This document shows positions 45,461-54,519 of a stretch of DNA of 64,000 nucleotides, piece by piece; position 1 is the first letter of the stretch, and every line of letters begins with the position of its first letter. The stretch is from a virus (lineage: Duplodnaviria; Caudoviricetes): IMG/VR virus record IMGVR_UViG_3300037047_000246. One strand, given 5' to 3'. The notes beneath the pieces were generated by a model. It saw only the letters and a program-made list of their open reading frames with translations. It ran no database searches and was not told the DNA's origin. A program made the position numbers and the translations under genes.

Positions 45461-46990
45461 ATGGTGGACTGGACTGACTTTTTAAACAAATCGGAAACTC
45501 TTCGGCAGTTCGGGTACTCTATGCCGGATAAAGATGCGCAGGACTGCTTCGCCAATTGTGCCTTGTGCAACGAAGCAATTCGCACCACGCGCAGGGCACT
45601 GCGCCGCACTGTGCGTAAAAGGTGTACGTACAGGTGCGGCCCATGCATTGCCAGATCCGACGAAGGTCGCCTAGCTCGATCGCGCCAAGCTAAAGCGGTG
45701 TGGGGAGATCCAGAGATTGCCCGCGCCATACAAGACAAGAACGCACAAAACGCCAGATCTGCGGCTGGCCGGCAGCAGCGCTCTATGCAAGCCAAACTTG
45801 CTTGGGCGACGCCAGAGTTTGCGAGGTTGCACAGAGCGCGCATAGCAACTTTGTTCAAATCGGCTGAACATCGCAGACTTGTTGCAGAGCGCAATAAGTC
45901 AGATTACGCGGCAAATCCGGAAGAATACCTGAAAACCAAGACAGCTGCGCTGCGCTCAGTGCAGGCCAAAGCGGCGCACAAAGCAGCTTTGGCCAAACCA
46001 GAGTACAAACAGCTGCATGCAGAACTGGCTCGAGCTCGTTTTCAAGATCCAGTTTACAAGGCCAAAATCGCTGCTGGGCTCGAAGGTTTCCCCCGCGGAG
46101 GGCGGCAGTCTGCGCCGGAAGTGGCTGTGCGAGATGTGTTGACTGGACTCGGTTGCGAATTCATCTACAACAAATCCCTAGGACCATATAACTTCGATTT
46201 TTTCATCGAGAAGCTAGATTTGTTCGTTGAAGTACAAGGTGAATACTGGCACACGTTGCCTAACAACGAACGCCGAGATAAAGCCAAGTATGCTTATTTG
46301 CGAAGCACCAGGCCCGCATCGAGGATAGTGTACATATGGGACTATGACCTGGTGACTGGCGCGGCTAGCGCTAAACTGGCACAAGCCGTCGGTGTGGCAT
46401 CTTTGCCAGTGCAAGACTTTTGTTTTCACGAAATAGCTTTAAGGGTTGTCGATTCGACGACGGCCAAGAATTTTCTCAACACCTGGCACTACGCACAATT
46501 TGGGAAATCGGGCAAATTCATAATCGGGGCATTTCTGGGTGACCAACTGGCGGCGGTAGCCAAACTGGGTCCAGTGTCACGCAAAGAAGTGGCCACTTCC
46601 CTAGGATCCAATCCTCGAGAAACATTTGAACTGGATCGACTGTGCATCCATCCTATGAGGCAAAAGAAAAACTTTGCTTCATACTTCCTTAGTCGAGTCA
46701 CCACACTGTTTTTCAACGCGTTTCCTGGTGCGATGCGCGTTGTTGCTTTTTCTGATGAGACGTTTGGGCACGACGGCACGGTGTATAAGGCCTGCAACTG
46801 GTCCCAAACGGGCACAGTGCGACCCGACTACATGTACGTGCGAAATGACGGTTGGTCTATGCACAAGAAAACGCTGTACAACCAAGCCCTCTCGGTGCAC
46901 ATGACCGAGAAGCAGTACGCGCAACAAAATGGATGGACGAAAGTGTTCGGCAAATGCAAGCACAAGTTCGTGCTTGAAAGGTCAAAGTAG
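45461..46990 (+). CDS. DUF559/Vsr-like PD-(D/E)XK endonuclease fused to a Mom-like GNAT domain, with N-terminal basic helical repeats
   Basis: SAPE..YNFDFF..VEVQGEYWH..RDKAK; WHY..ELDRLC..NFASYFLSR..VAFSD..GHDGTVYKACNW..G. Confidence 0.85.
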   Translation: MVDWTDFLNKSETLRQFGYSMPDKDAQDCFANCALCNEAIRTTRRALRRTVRKRCTYRCGPCIARSDEGRLARSRQAKAVWGDPEIARAIQDKNAQNARSAAGRQQRSMQAKLAWATPEFARLHRARIATLFKSAEHRRLVAERNKSDYAANPEEYLKTKTAALRSVQAKAAHKAALAKPEYKQLHAELARARFQDPVYKAKIAAGLEGFPRGGRQSAPEVAVRDVLTGLGCEFIYNKSLGPYNFDFFIEKLDLFVEVQGEYWHTLPNNERRDKAKYAYLRSTRPASRIVYIWDYDLVTGAASAKLAQAVGVASLPVQDFCFHEIALRVVDSTTAKNFLNTWHYAQFGKSGKFIIGAFLGDQLAAVAKLGPVSRKEVATSLGSNPRETFELDRLCIHPMRQKKNFASYFLSRVTTLFFNAFPGAMRVVAFSDETFGHDGTVYKACNWSQTGTVRPDYMYVRNDGWSMHKKTLYNQALSVHMTEKQYAQQNGWTKVFGKCKHKFVLERSK

Positions 46991-48181
46991 CGAAATCATG
47001 TCTGCGTGGTCAGCGCCTGTGCCGATCAGCACTACGGGGACGTTGGCTGCAGCTTCAATCCTGTCCACCATCGACCTTGTTTTGGAGGATAGTTTATTGA
47101 ACGCTTCCCTTCCTCCGCGAAGGCCGTGATCGCGCCAGTCCAAATACTGCACGAAATTCAGCGCCAGCTTTGTTGCGCCGTTCGTTGCGACAGCGTCTTC
47201 CAAACCCACCCAAGAGAACGTGCAAACACGTCGCACCCTCTTTGTGACTGTCGTCCTTTCGCGCTCCATGAGTGCAGCTGCCTCTTCGTCTGGCATTCCA
47301 GCTTCCTGTGCTATTTGCTGCCAGGTCAGCTCTTTGCAGTCAGTGTAGAAATCGCCAGAGTACCCCGTCTGCACGCCGTTCTCCTGCACGTTGCCGACTC
47401 GGATGCCAAAAGTACGGAGATTCAGGTATACGTCGCCCACCATGGAAGCTGGCACTGCCATGTCGTCCATGGCCTTTTGGGCGGTGCAGTTGCGCGAGGT
47501 GCAGTGCGGGTAGCTGGAGCCATGGTCGACGGACAAGGCGTATCCTTGGGAACCTTCATGCAGCCAAGTGTTGCCCGCCTTGATCAGACCTTGCACGCTC
47601 GACCTGAACTGCATGCCGTCCAAAATGCGCACTCTGGACTCAAACTCGTGCATGAGCTCGAGCATGCCTGGTCTAGCATGTCCTGTCCATTCAGCCACTT
47701 GTTTGGACCCAACAAGCAGGCATTCCTTCCTGCGCAGAATCTTGTCCACCATGGACGCGGAGCACCCCTGCATCGTGGAAGCGATATGTTTGGTTGACCC
47801 GGAGCCGTTTCTTTCTTGCTCCGCATGGTCCGGAGTGACGACGGAAGCCCTGCTGTGTAGGCACAAACTAGGTCTGCCTGTTTCCACCCATTCGTCGAAC
47901 AGCCTATCCCATGTGCCTTGCTCGGTCACGGTCAGTCCGGAGGCCGGAGACAGCCACCCCTGCATGTTGACGCCTTTGGCCTTCCGAAGTGCCAAAGCAG
48001 TGGGGATGGCTTTCGCCACGAACTTGTAGTTGCCAGACAAGAACGTGTGGCCTGCGTTGGGGAAATTCGAAGACGAGACGTGGCTGACGCCGTACGCGTC
48101 TGCCAGCCAAGCGGACACCTTGCCTTTGCCGGACGATCCCCAGAACCCGTCTAACAAAATGTTGAACTTGCCAGGTTGCAT
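46982..48181 (-). CDS. purZ: PurZ-type 2-amino-2'-deoxyadenylosuccinate synthase (PurA homolog)
   Basis: DGFWGSSGKGK (Ser16 at PurA Asp13); NFPNAGHT; STMQG; EGSQG..YPHCTSRNCT; IRVG; SG.FY.D..ELTW; TTVTKRVRRV; LNFVQYL instead of TKLD. Confidence 0.85.
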   Translation of the reverse strand: MQPGKFNILLDGFWGSSGKGKVSAWLADAYGVSHVSSSNFPNAGHTFLSGNYKFVAKAIPTALALRKAKGVNMQGWLSPASGLTVTEQGTWDRLFDEWVETGRPSLCLHSRASVVTPDHAEQERNGSGSTKHIASTMQGCSASMVDKILRRKECLLVGSKQVAEWTGHARPGMLELMHEFESRVRILDGMQFRSSVQGLIKAGNTWLHEGSQGYALSVDHGSSYPHCTSRNCTAQKAMDDMAVPASMVGDVYLNLRTFGIRVGNVQENGVQTGYSGDFYTDCKELTWQQIAQEAGMPDEEAAALMERERTTVTKRVRRVCTFSWVGLEDAVATNGATKLALNFVQYLDWRDHGLRGGREAFNKLSSKTRSMVDRIEAAANVPVVLIGTGADHADMISLL

Positions 48182-48510
48182 TATTTTTCCTCCGGCGAGG
48201 CCGGTTTGTGCGACGTTTGCTCAGAATCTGCAGAAAACATCACCATCCCTTTGTACTCTCTGACCCCTGAAACGCCATCGGACGAGACGTCCTGGCCCTC
48301 CGGTTCGTACACCGCCAAGACCAGCTCGCCCGGACCAAGCGAGTTGCCGCTGTCCTCGGCCAGCTGCTGCAGCAGCTGGCCGAGCGTACCCCCGGTGCGC
48401 AACGACAGCAGCTCCGGCACGTCTCTTTGCCAACCGCCGGCGCCGAGGTACCAGGTACCTTCTGGGGCCGAGTACATGTCGTTAATCTGTATCACTGCCA
48501 GTTTCAACAT
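48181..48510 (-). CDS. hypothetical protein coupled to purZ
   Basis: Its stop overlaps the purZ ATG. Confidence 0.65.
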   Translation of the reverse strand: MLKLAVIQINDMYSAPEGTWYLGAGGWQRDVPELLSLRTGGTLGQLLQQLAEDSGNSLGPGELVLAVYEPEGQDVSSDGVSGVREYKGMVMFSADSEQTSHKPASPEEK

Positions 48511-49243
48511 TGAACACTTCCGATTCTACCGACGATACCCTCGCCTTGCCTGCAGCTTTTGCAATTTTGCCGAGGTCTTTTGCTTCGATATACTTGGCCA
48601 ATTGGAAGCGTGCGTCTGTGGGTGGTCCGAGAGCTGCGATGCGGGCGCCGTTTATTTCCTTAGGTGAAAATACACGGCCCACCAGCTGCAACTGCCTGCG
48701 TTTGTTCACTCTGTTGGCCCACCGCATATCCAGCTTCCTTCGAATCGCCTTTTCGGTCATAAACATGACTCGAATTGTGAGATCAGCCGGGATGCGCCCA
48801 TGTACGCGCAAGGATGCTCGACACGCGTAGTCGCAAGCCAGAGCGAACGCTTCTTGGTAAGAGTCTGCTCGGATGAGCACATGTGCTAGCTTAAAACGAG
48901 GCGGAAGTATGACTCTCCACACTTTCGTGCGGTCGCTTATCGAAGCGCCTGGTCCGAGAAGCCTTTCCAGGGTTTCTTGCCGATATCCGGGAAAAGACAA
49001 GTCCGTGGCGGCGTCGTACAACTGGTCAAATCTGGTTTTGCCGATTTGTGCCGGAGACGCGGGCAGAGTATCCAAAAGCTCAGCCGGTATGGAGTTGTTC
49101 ATCACCATCGAGTAAAGGAGCGACGCCAGATACTGCTTTTCTTTGCTGCCTCTGAAGCGCTTCATACATTTCTCTACGGCTGCAACAGCTTTACGCTGGT
49201 CCACCCGGACAGTGCCTCCTTTACGTTTCTTTGAACTAGCCAT
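48482..49243 (-). CDS. basic hypothetical protein
   Basis: ATG 49243 within ORF 48482..49345. Confidence 0.7.
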   Translation of the reverse strand: MASSKKRKGGTVRVDQRKAVAAVEKCMKRFRGSKEKQYLASLLYSMVMNNSIPAELLDTLPASPAQIGKTRFDQLYDAATDLSFPGYRQETLERLLGPGASISDRTKVWRVILPPRFKLAHVLIRADSYQEAFALACDYACRASLRVHGRIPADLTIRVMFMTEKAIRRKLDMRWANRVNKRRQLQLVGRVFSPKEINGARIAALGPPTDARFQLAKYIEAKDLGKIAKAAGKARVSSVESEVFNVETGSDTD

Positions 49244-49501
49244 CTGTCTCACCTGTAGAGTATCGAGCAATGTGCAGACTGAGGGAACATACGTGACAAT
49301 ACGCTGCACTCGGTTCCCTTCGGTTTTGTGCGTTCTTGGAACCAAGGCGCCCGAAGCCGATCTCGCAGAGACAGAGGCACGATCCGAAAGATTTGAGAAA
49401 AAGGACTGCTCGATGATTCGGTTCCTTGTGAGTCATCCTGCTGCATCAGGTAGCCAGATCCAAAAAGTCTGTTGCCCCCTGATGGAGAGTTTTTAACTCT
49501 C

Positions 49502-49530
49502 TTGCTTTTTCTTTCTTCGATCTGTACTAT
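49502..49530 (+). promoter_or_regulatory. sigma70-type promoter
   Basis: TTGCTT-N17-TACTAT in an AT-rich divergent intergenic region; TGCAACT-TC-AGTTGCA inverted repeat at 49564-49579. Confidence 0.55.
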
Positions 49531-49621
49531 TGCTTAATCAAAACGCAGTAACGGTGATCGTGTTGCAACTTCAGTTGCATTGAGTAAGACAGCAGAGGCA
49601 GTGGAGGTGTAAGAGTTAGAG

Positions 49622-49891
49622 GTGGAAGGTGGAGCAGAATTGGTTCGCACATATTTGGTATTTCATGATTTGCCGGTGCATGTCGAGTACAGAGTAAGCG
49701 ACATGCCTCTTGTGCCGGAAGGCACGCAGATCGATTTTAGGATCGATCTGCGGCACCCGCGCAATCCAAAGCGAGTTCGGAAAGTGAATGGGGCGTACGT
49801 AGTGCAGAAGCGATACCTCATTTACTCTTCTGAAAAGCCGCGCGACCAGGGACTGACTCAATACCTCGAGTTGGACCCGGTCGAAGACTGA
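49622..49891 (+). CDS. hypothetical protein
   Basis: 89 aa, GTG start. Confidence 0.6.
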   Translation: MEGGAELVRTYLVFHDLPVHVEYRVSDMPLVPEGTQIDFRIDLRHPRNPKRVRKVNGAYVVQKRYLIYSSEKPRDQGLTQYLELDPVED

Positions 49892-49969
49892 TCGACCGGT
49901 TTTTTGCTCTGAACGGCAAGAAGCTGACTGATCAGTCGTGGCTGTCAACAACAAACATAGGAGGTTGGT

Positions 49970-50896
49970 ATGAGGAAGTTTGTTCCCCACATCGTGGCAT
50001 GGTCTGTTCTTGCCATTTTGATAGGATGGAACTCGCCCTCGAGAGCGGACGAACCCGACGCAGCAGACCTGCGAAAATGGGTTGTTGACCGCATGACTGC
50101 TTGGTCCAAACCAGGCGCCACTTTGCATCCGCCAGCAATGGAGACGTTTGAAGACGGTCGGGCGAGATATGAGCTCATAGCAAATTCCGTTCTGGCCACC
50201 GTGGCCAGAGAAAAACCTGTGTTTAGCGGCAAACGAGGCAGAATTCGCACAGCGGCTCTGCTGCTGTCCATTTCAATGTTCGAGAGTTCGTATCGAAAAG
50301 ACGTGGATATGAACTTGGGCAAACAGGGGCGAGGAGACAACGGGCGCTCCTGGTGCCTCATGCAGGTGCAGCTGGGGTCTCCTGTGTACGTGGACGCCGC
50401 CACTAGGCAACGGGTGCAGCTTGTGCAGGTATGCAACGACGTGCCACTATCTGGTATCAAACCAGGTGCCGCGGGCTCGTTCAGGAAATGCGAATTCCGT
50501 CCGCCTGCTGGTGCCCTGGCCTCCACGCCTTCGCGCATCGTCCTTGACGGTGAAGGATATGAACTCACATCGGACCAGACGCGCGGACACAGTGGTCAGG
50601 ATTTGGTCGCCGACAGAGGGCTGTGCTTCACCGCTGGTCTCAGGATACTGCGCAGCTCTTTCAGAGCCTGCAGGTCGCTGCCTGTGTTGGAGCAGTTGTC
50701 GGCTTACGCCTCTGGCAACTGCGTCAGCGGCAGGGATGCTTCGCGCCGCAGGATGTCTGCGGCGATTCGGTGGCTGTCCTCTTACCCGCCTCCGGCAGAC
50801 GACGAACAACTGATGAAGCTCTTCTTGGACGCACCTGACGAAGAGCCGGCAGACGAGCCGTCTGCCGTCCTGAACGCACTGTACGCAGGCACCTGA
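49970..50896 (+). CDS. secreted lysozyme/transglycosylase-like protein of a myxobacterial-type family
   Basis: Signal peptide; LLLSISMFESSYRKDVD..GRGDNGRSWCLMQV with candidate catalytic Glu. Confidence 0.7.
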   Translation: MRKFVPHIVAWSVLAILIGWNSPSRADEPDAADLRKWVVDRMTAWSKPGATLHPPAMETFEDGRARYELIANSVLATVAREKPVFSGKRGRIRTAALLLSISMFESSYRKDVDMNLGKQGRGDNGRSWCLMQVQLGSPVYVDAATRQRVQLVQVCNDVPLSGIKPGAAGSFRKCEFRPPAGALASTPSRIVLDGEGYELTSDQTRGHSGQDLVADRGLCFTAGLRILRSSFRACRSLPVLEQLSAYASGNCVSGRDASRRRMSAAIRWLSSYPPPADDEQLMKLFLDAPDEEPADEPSAVLNALYAGT

Positions 50897-50952
50897 AATA
50901 TCTGTGCGCCATTTGGCGACCCACGCCGACCGTGCGTGACCGCACAAAACGC

Positions 50953-50981
50953 TTGCAACCAGACCGGGGCTGTGGTATTGT
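50953..50981 (+). promoter_or_regulatory. sigma70-type promoter upstream of the sigma-like gene
   Basis: TTGCAA-N17-TATTGT with extended TG; GGAGG RBS before ATG 51068. Confidence 0.55.
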
Positions 50982-51067
50982 GAGTTTTAGGCTGCGGGCC
51001 TGTAAACTCTGACCCGCAGTCAGTACCCACCGGTAAGTCGGCGCGATAAGCGCCGCATGGAGGCAAA

Positions 51068-52741
51068 ATGGAGCAGGGGTCCCTATGGGTAAGAGGCGAC
51101 AAGTCTTTGTGGCGGGAGATCAAGATCCCCTCCAACAGCGAATTTTTGCAGCTGTACTACAAGTGGACCTTCGGAAAGGTCGCGGAGCTGTTTCGGCGCG
51201 ATAGGGACCGCATCCAGGACTCTGTGCAGGATGCGTGCATGCGTCTGCTCCAGAAGGACTTCATAGGCCGCTGGTTCTTCCGGCATCTGTCTCACGAGCT
51301 GGTGTCCCGCGACGAAGCCGAGCGCATCCTCGGCCCAGGCTCCAAACTCAAGTTCATCTCTGCTGTTTGTCCAGTCGTGGGCAAACGCTCAGAGAAGGAC
51401 TCTCTGTGGCGCATAAGCGATCTGCTCGCCTATGCGAAGTTCGACCACGACCGATACTACTACTCTATTCAAAATCACACAATCACATCTGACTTGGTGC
51501 TGAGGATGCTTGGCTATTCTGATCTTGCTGTGCCGGTGGAGTCCCCAGAGGCCTCCAACCCAAAGAGCAAGGTTCAGGATCCTAACAATCCGGGACAGTT
51601 CATCAGCCACAAAGCTGAAGCCTACAATGTGCTGAAGTCCTTGTACAAGCAGGGCCGGTTGAAGCCGGCCGAGCTGACCCAGCACGATTGCTGCGAACAG
51701 TCAACTTCCGGTTCGGCTCTTCGCGGCCAGGACGGCGAATTCGCGAGGAACAGCGCGGGCGAACTCATGTGCTCAGTGCCGGATTGCGGCAAGAAGCATT
51801 TTGCGCGCGGATTCTGCACCCTGCACTATGGCCAGCAGACGAAATCGGTCTGTCAGGAATGCGAAAGGGGTCGAGCGTCTTTGCGATCTCGCCATCTTTC
51901 CTTGGCTGACGACTGGACGAAAAATCCGCAAGCGGCCTCTGTCCTCAGGTGGAACGATTCTCAGCTGCGCCCATTTTTGCGGCATTGGCGGGGGTGCAAT
52001 GCCGTCAGCTCTGTGCCTCACTACATCGTTCGTCCGGACAATCATCAGGGGCAGTACCAGGGGATCAAAGCCGGTTTGTTGGCTTACGCTGCTAAAGTCA
52101 TAAACAACGCGGTATGCAATAACTTCACCAGGTTGGGTCGCACGTCAGACTTGGACAGCACGATCTTCAACGACGGCATTTCGCCGGACGTAGGCAATCA
52201 AGACGTGGTTGCCTGGGAAACTGAAGACGGCACGGACCACAAGGTCATGGTGGTCAAAGACTCCAGTGCGCTTGAGTCTTTCCGCATCGCTGAAGCTGGT
52301 CACGACGTACGCGCAATGGCGGCAAAAGCCAGCCTCACTGACGAAGAGCGGGCGGCTCTGGACTCGGTGGATATGAACGACACCAGCATCAGAGAGTTTG
52401 CTCAGCAGCGAGACGTGTCTGTGGCGTATGTACATAGGATCCGCAATGCAGCTTTTGAGAAGCTGCGCAATGCCGAGATTGCAGACGCATTTGTGGACAA
52501 GATGGCGGAGCTGGTGTGTGCGAAGTACGGCTGCTCGTACGGCGAGCTGATAGGTGACGACAGAGTCGGTCCGTGCGTTCTGGCCAGAACAGAGTTCTTT
52601 CACCACCTGCACGAGTTTGGTTTGTCAGTGGACGAAATCGCCAGTCGCATCGGCATGTCGAAGGATCGCGTCAGCCTGTCGATAAGCCGGGCAGTGGTCA
52701 TGTGCAAGCCGTTCACTGACATGAGCGGCATAACCCTTTAG
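51068..52741 (+). CDS. sigma70/ECF-like factor with a large Zn-finger insertion and a DnaA C-terminal-like domain
   Basis: RIQDSVQDACMRLL (2.2); LLAYAAKVINNAV (2.3/2.4); LTDEERAAL..SIREFAQQRDVSVAYVHRIRNAAFEKLR (4); CSVPDC..HFARGFCTLHY; VCAKYGCSYGELIG..RVGPCVLAR..LSVDEIASRIG. Confidence 0.75.
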   Translation: MEQGSLWVRGDKSLWREIKIPSNSEFLQLYYKWTFGKVAELFRRDRDRIQDSVQDACMRLLQKDFIGRWFFRHLSHELVSRDEAERILGPGSKLKFISAVCPVVGKRSEKDSLWRISDLLAYAKFDHDRYYYSIQNHTITSDLVLRMLGYSDLAVPVESPEASNPKSKVQDPNNPGQFISHKAEAYNVLKSLYKQGRLKPAELTQHDCCEQSTSGSALRGQDGEFARNSAGELMCSVPDCGKKHFARGFCTLHYGQQTKSVCQECERGRASLRSRHLSLADDWTKNPQAASVLRWNDSQLRPFLRHWRGCNAVSSVPHYIVRPDNHQGQYQGIKAGLLAYAAKVINNAVCNNFTRLGRTSDLDSTIFNDGISPDVGNQDVVAWETEDGTDHKVMVVKDSSALESFRIAEAGHDVRAMAAKASLTDEERAALDSVDMNDTSIREFAQQRDVSVAYVHRIRNAAFEKLRNAEIADAFVDKMAELVCAKYGCSYGELIGDDRVGPCVLARTEFFHHLHEFGLSVDEIASRIGMSKDRVSLSISRAVVMCKPFTDMSGITL

Positions 52742-54486
52742 TGGCTTGGCTCAGCCGAGCCATGCAACCTACATTTCGTGTATCCGCAAGCACCAGGTTC
52801 GTCCTAGCTTTCATGCGTCTCAGCGCGGACATCGCTGAAGGATTTGGCAGAGCTATCCTGTCGATTCTCCAGAAGCAATATCCGGAGATGCGCAGGGAGA
52901 TGGCTGAAGACGAAAAGTACAAAGAGAATCCTGCTGCCGCGGTTGGCCACAAGCTGCTTGCTATCGCCAGGAAGCAGCTTCAGTACAACGATCAGGACGC
53001 GTACGACGCCATCCAGGACTTTCTGGTATACCTGACTTCAAGTAATTTCCAGTTCAAGTCCCCCACCAAGCGCGGCAATCCAGGCGCGTCCACATGGCGC
53101 CACGCCCTAGGCAACATCTTTTCGAATATGCACACTCGGGCGATGTCGCATTCGTTCAAGAAGTTCAAGGCGGGCAAACACACTGAGGAGGACCTGTACT
53201 CTGATTTGAAGTGGCGCAAAAACCAGTTTGATCAAGGCAACAAGCGATATAACTGGACTGAAGACGACGAAGACGAGCTGGCTAGGCTGGAGCAGGCTCT
53301 GCGTACGAAGAACGTAGACATCAACAAGATCGTCCCTACCAAGCTTCGGCGCAAAAATACTCGCGACAAGACTCTGGACGAGGCGTTCGGCAAGCGGGAT
53401 GAAGGTGGCTCGCCTTCAGGCGGTTTGGAACGCATGCCGGTGTCGCCTGAGTCTTCCATGGGAATGCCTTCTGACGAGCGTGCGGCGAAGAAGAGCTTCA
53501 TGGAAGTGCTTGACGAAGTTGTGCCGGACCTTCAGAACGAGCTCAACCAGCCTGAGTATAGAACAGTTGACCGCACCCCAGATTTCCCAGTCGGTCTGCC
53601 GGCGCAGCGGTTTTTGTTTGAGTATATCATGTCGGAAGAGGGCACTGGATCATTTTTGCCCGATATCAAGGCGAACATGGGCCAGGCTTCAGAATTCCGT
53701 GACTGGCTCGAGGAGCGAGCTACCAGGCCGGGCCCCAACGGCAAAGAAGCACGCGAAGTCCTCAAGCGATATGCTAAGAGGTGGTCCGGATTTGTCGGCG
53801 ACACCAGACTGAAGCTGATGAAATCCGTGCAGAGCTTCATGGAAGACGCGCTGCCCGAGCAAGAGTACGAGCAGCTGTGGAATGAATTTTTCTCCGACAC
53901 CACGCCGCGCCAAGTGGAGAAGCTCAAAGAGCGGCGTGACTTGGAAGCTGTGCGGTACCAGCGTGGTAGGGACTTGCGGGCTTTGATCCGCATGATGGAA
54001 TCCAGCAAGCTCGGACTGCTGTCCACAAAAGAGCAGTCCGACATGACCAAGCTGAAGCAGAAGATCGGGCGCGAGATCGAAGACGAAATGACAGATGCCG
54101 TGGTCAGCGCGCAGAACAAATACAAGAAGGACATGGAGCAGTATTCTAAGATGCTTGACTCCTATATGCGCAAACGCGAGCAAGTGTCGCATCTGCCCGT
54201 GGAGAAACAGCCGAAGTTGGATAGGCCTGAGAAGCCTAAGCCAGTTAATCCTGCCGCAATCAGAGCGGCTATTGGGCCCTTTGACGCTCAGCTCAAGTAC
54301 GCATATGCGGAGTGGGGCGAAGATATCACGAAAGCCATCGAAAAGGAACTTGGCCACCAGATCCAGAAAGAGGACGAGGAGAAGGCCGCAGCTGATATTG
54401 CTGAGCAGGCCATTGCCGAGGTAGACCAGCGCAGGGAGCCCATCGCATCTCGCGTGGCCCGAAAGTTCCTTCGTTTGTGCACCTGA
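52741..54486 (+). CDS. large protein with sigma region 2/3-like segments and a coiled-coil C-terminus
   Basis: IARKQL..DQDAYDAIQDFLVYL..STWRHALGNIF.N; KTLDEAFG; no clear region 4; start uncertain. Confidence 0.5.
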   Translation: MAWLSRAMQPTFRVSASTRFVLAFMRLSADIAEGFGRAILSILQKQYPEMRREMAEDEKYKENPAAAVGHKLLAIARKQLQYNDQDAYDAIQDFLVYLTSSNFQFKSPTKRGNPGASTWRHALGNIFSNMHTRAMSHSFKKFKAGKHTEEDLYSDLKWRKNQFDQGNKRYNWTEDDEDELARLEQALRTKNVDINKIVPTKLRRKNTRDKTLDEAFGKRDEGGSPSGGLERMPVSPESSMGMPSDERAAKKSFMEVLDEVVPDLQNELNQPEYRTVDRTPDFPVGLPAQRFLFEYIMSEEGTGSFLPDIKANMGQASEFRDWLEERATRPGPNGKEAREVLKRYAKRWSGFVGDTRLKLMKSVQSFMEDALPEQEYEQLWNEFFSDTTPRQVEKLKERRDLEAVRYQRGRDLRALIRMMESSKLGLLSTKEQSDMTKLKQKIGREIEDEMTDAVVSAQNKYKKDMEQYSKMLDSYMRKREQVSHLPVEKQPKLDRPEKPKPVNPAAIRAAIGPFDAQLKYAYAEWGEDITKAIEKELGHQIQKEDEEKAAADIAEQAIAEVDQRREPIASRVARKFLRLCT

Positions 54487-54519
54487 ACTCAGACCGACTC
54501 AGGCGGGGTAACGTTCGTC

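Noticed and set aside
46982-48181. Canonical adenylosuccinate synthetase (purA) as an AMP-supply gene
   Set aside because: The catalytic Asp is replaced by Ser and TKLD by NFVQ, which fits PurZ better. Not formally excluded without an assay.
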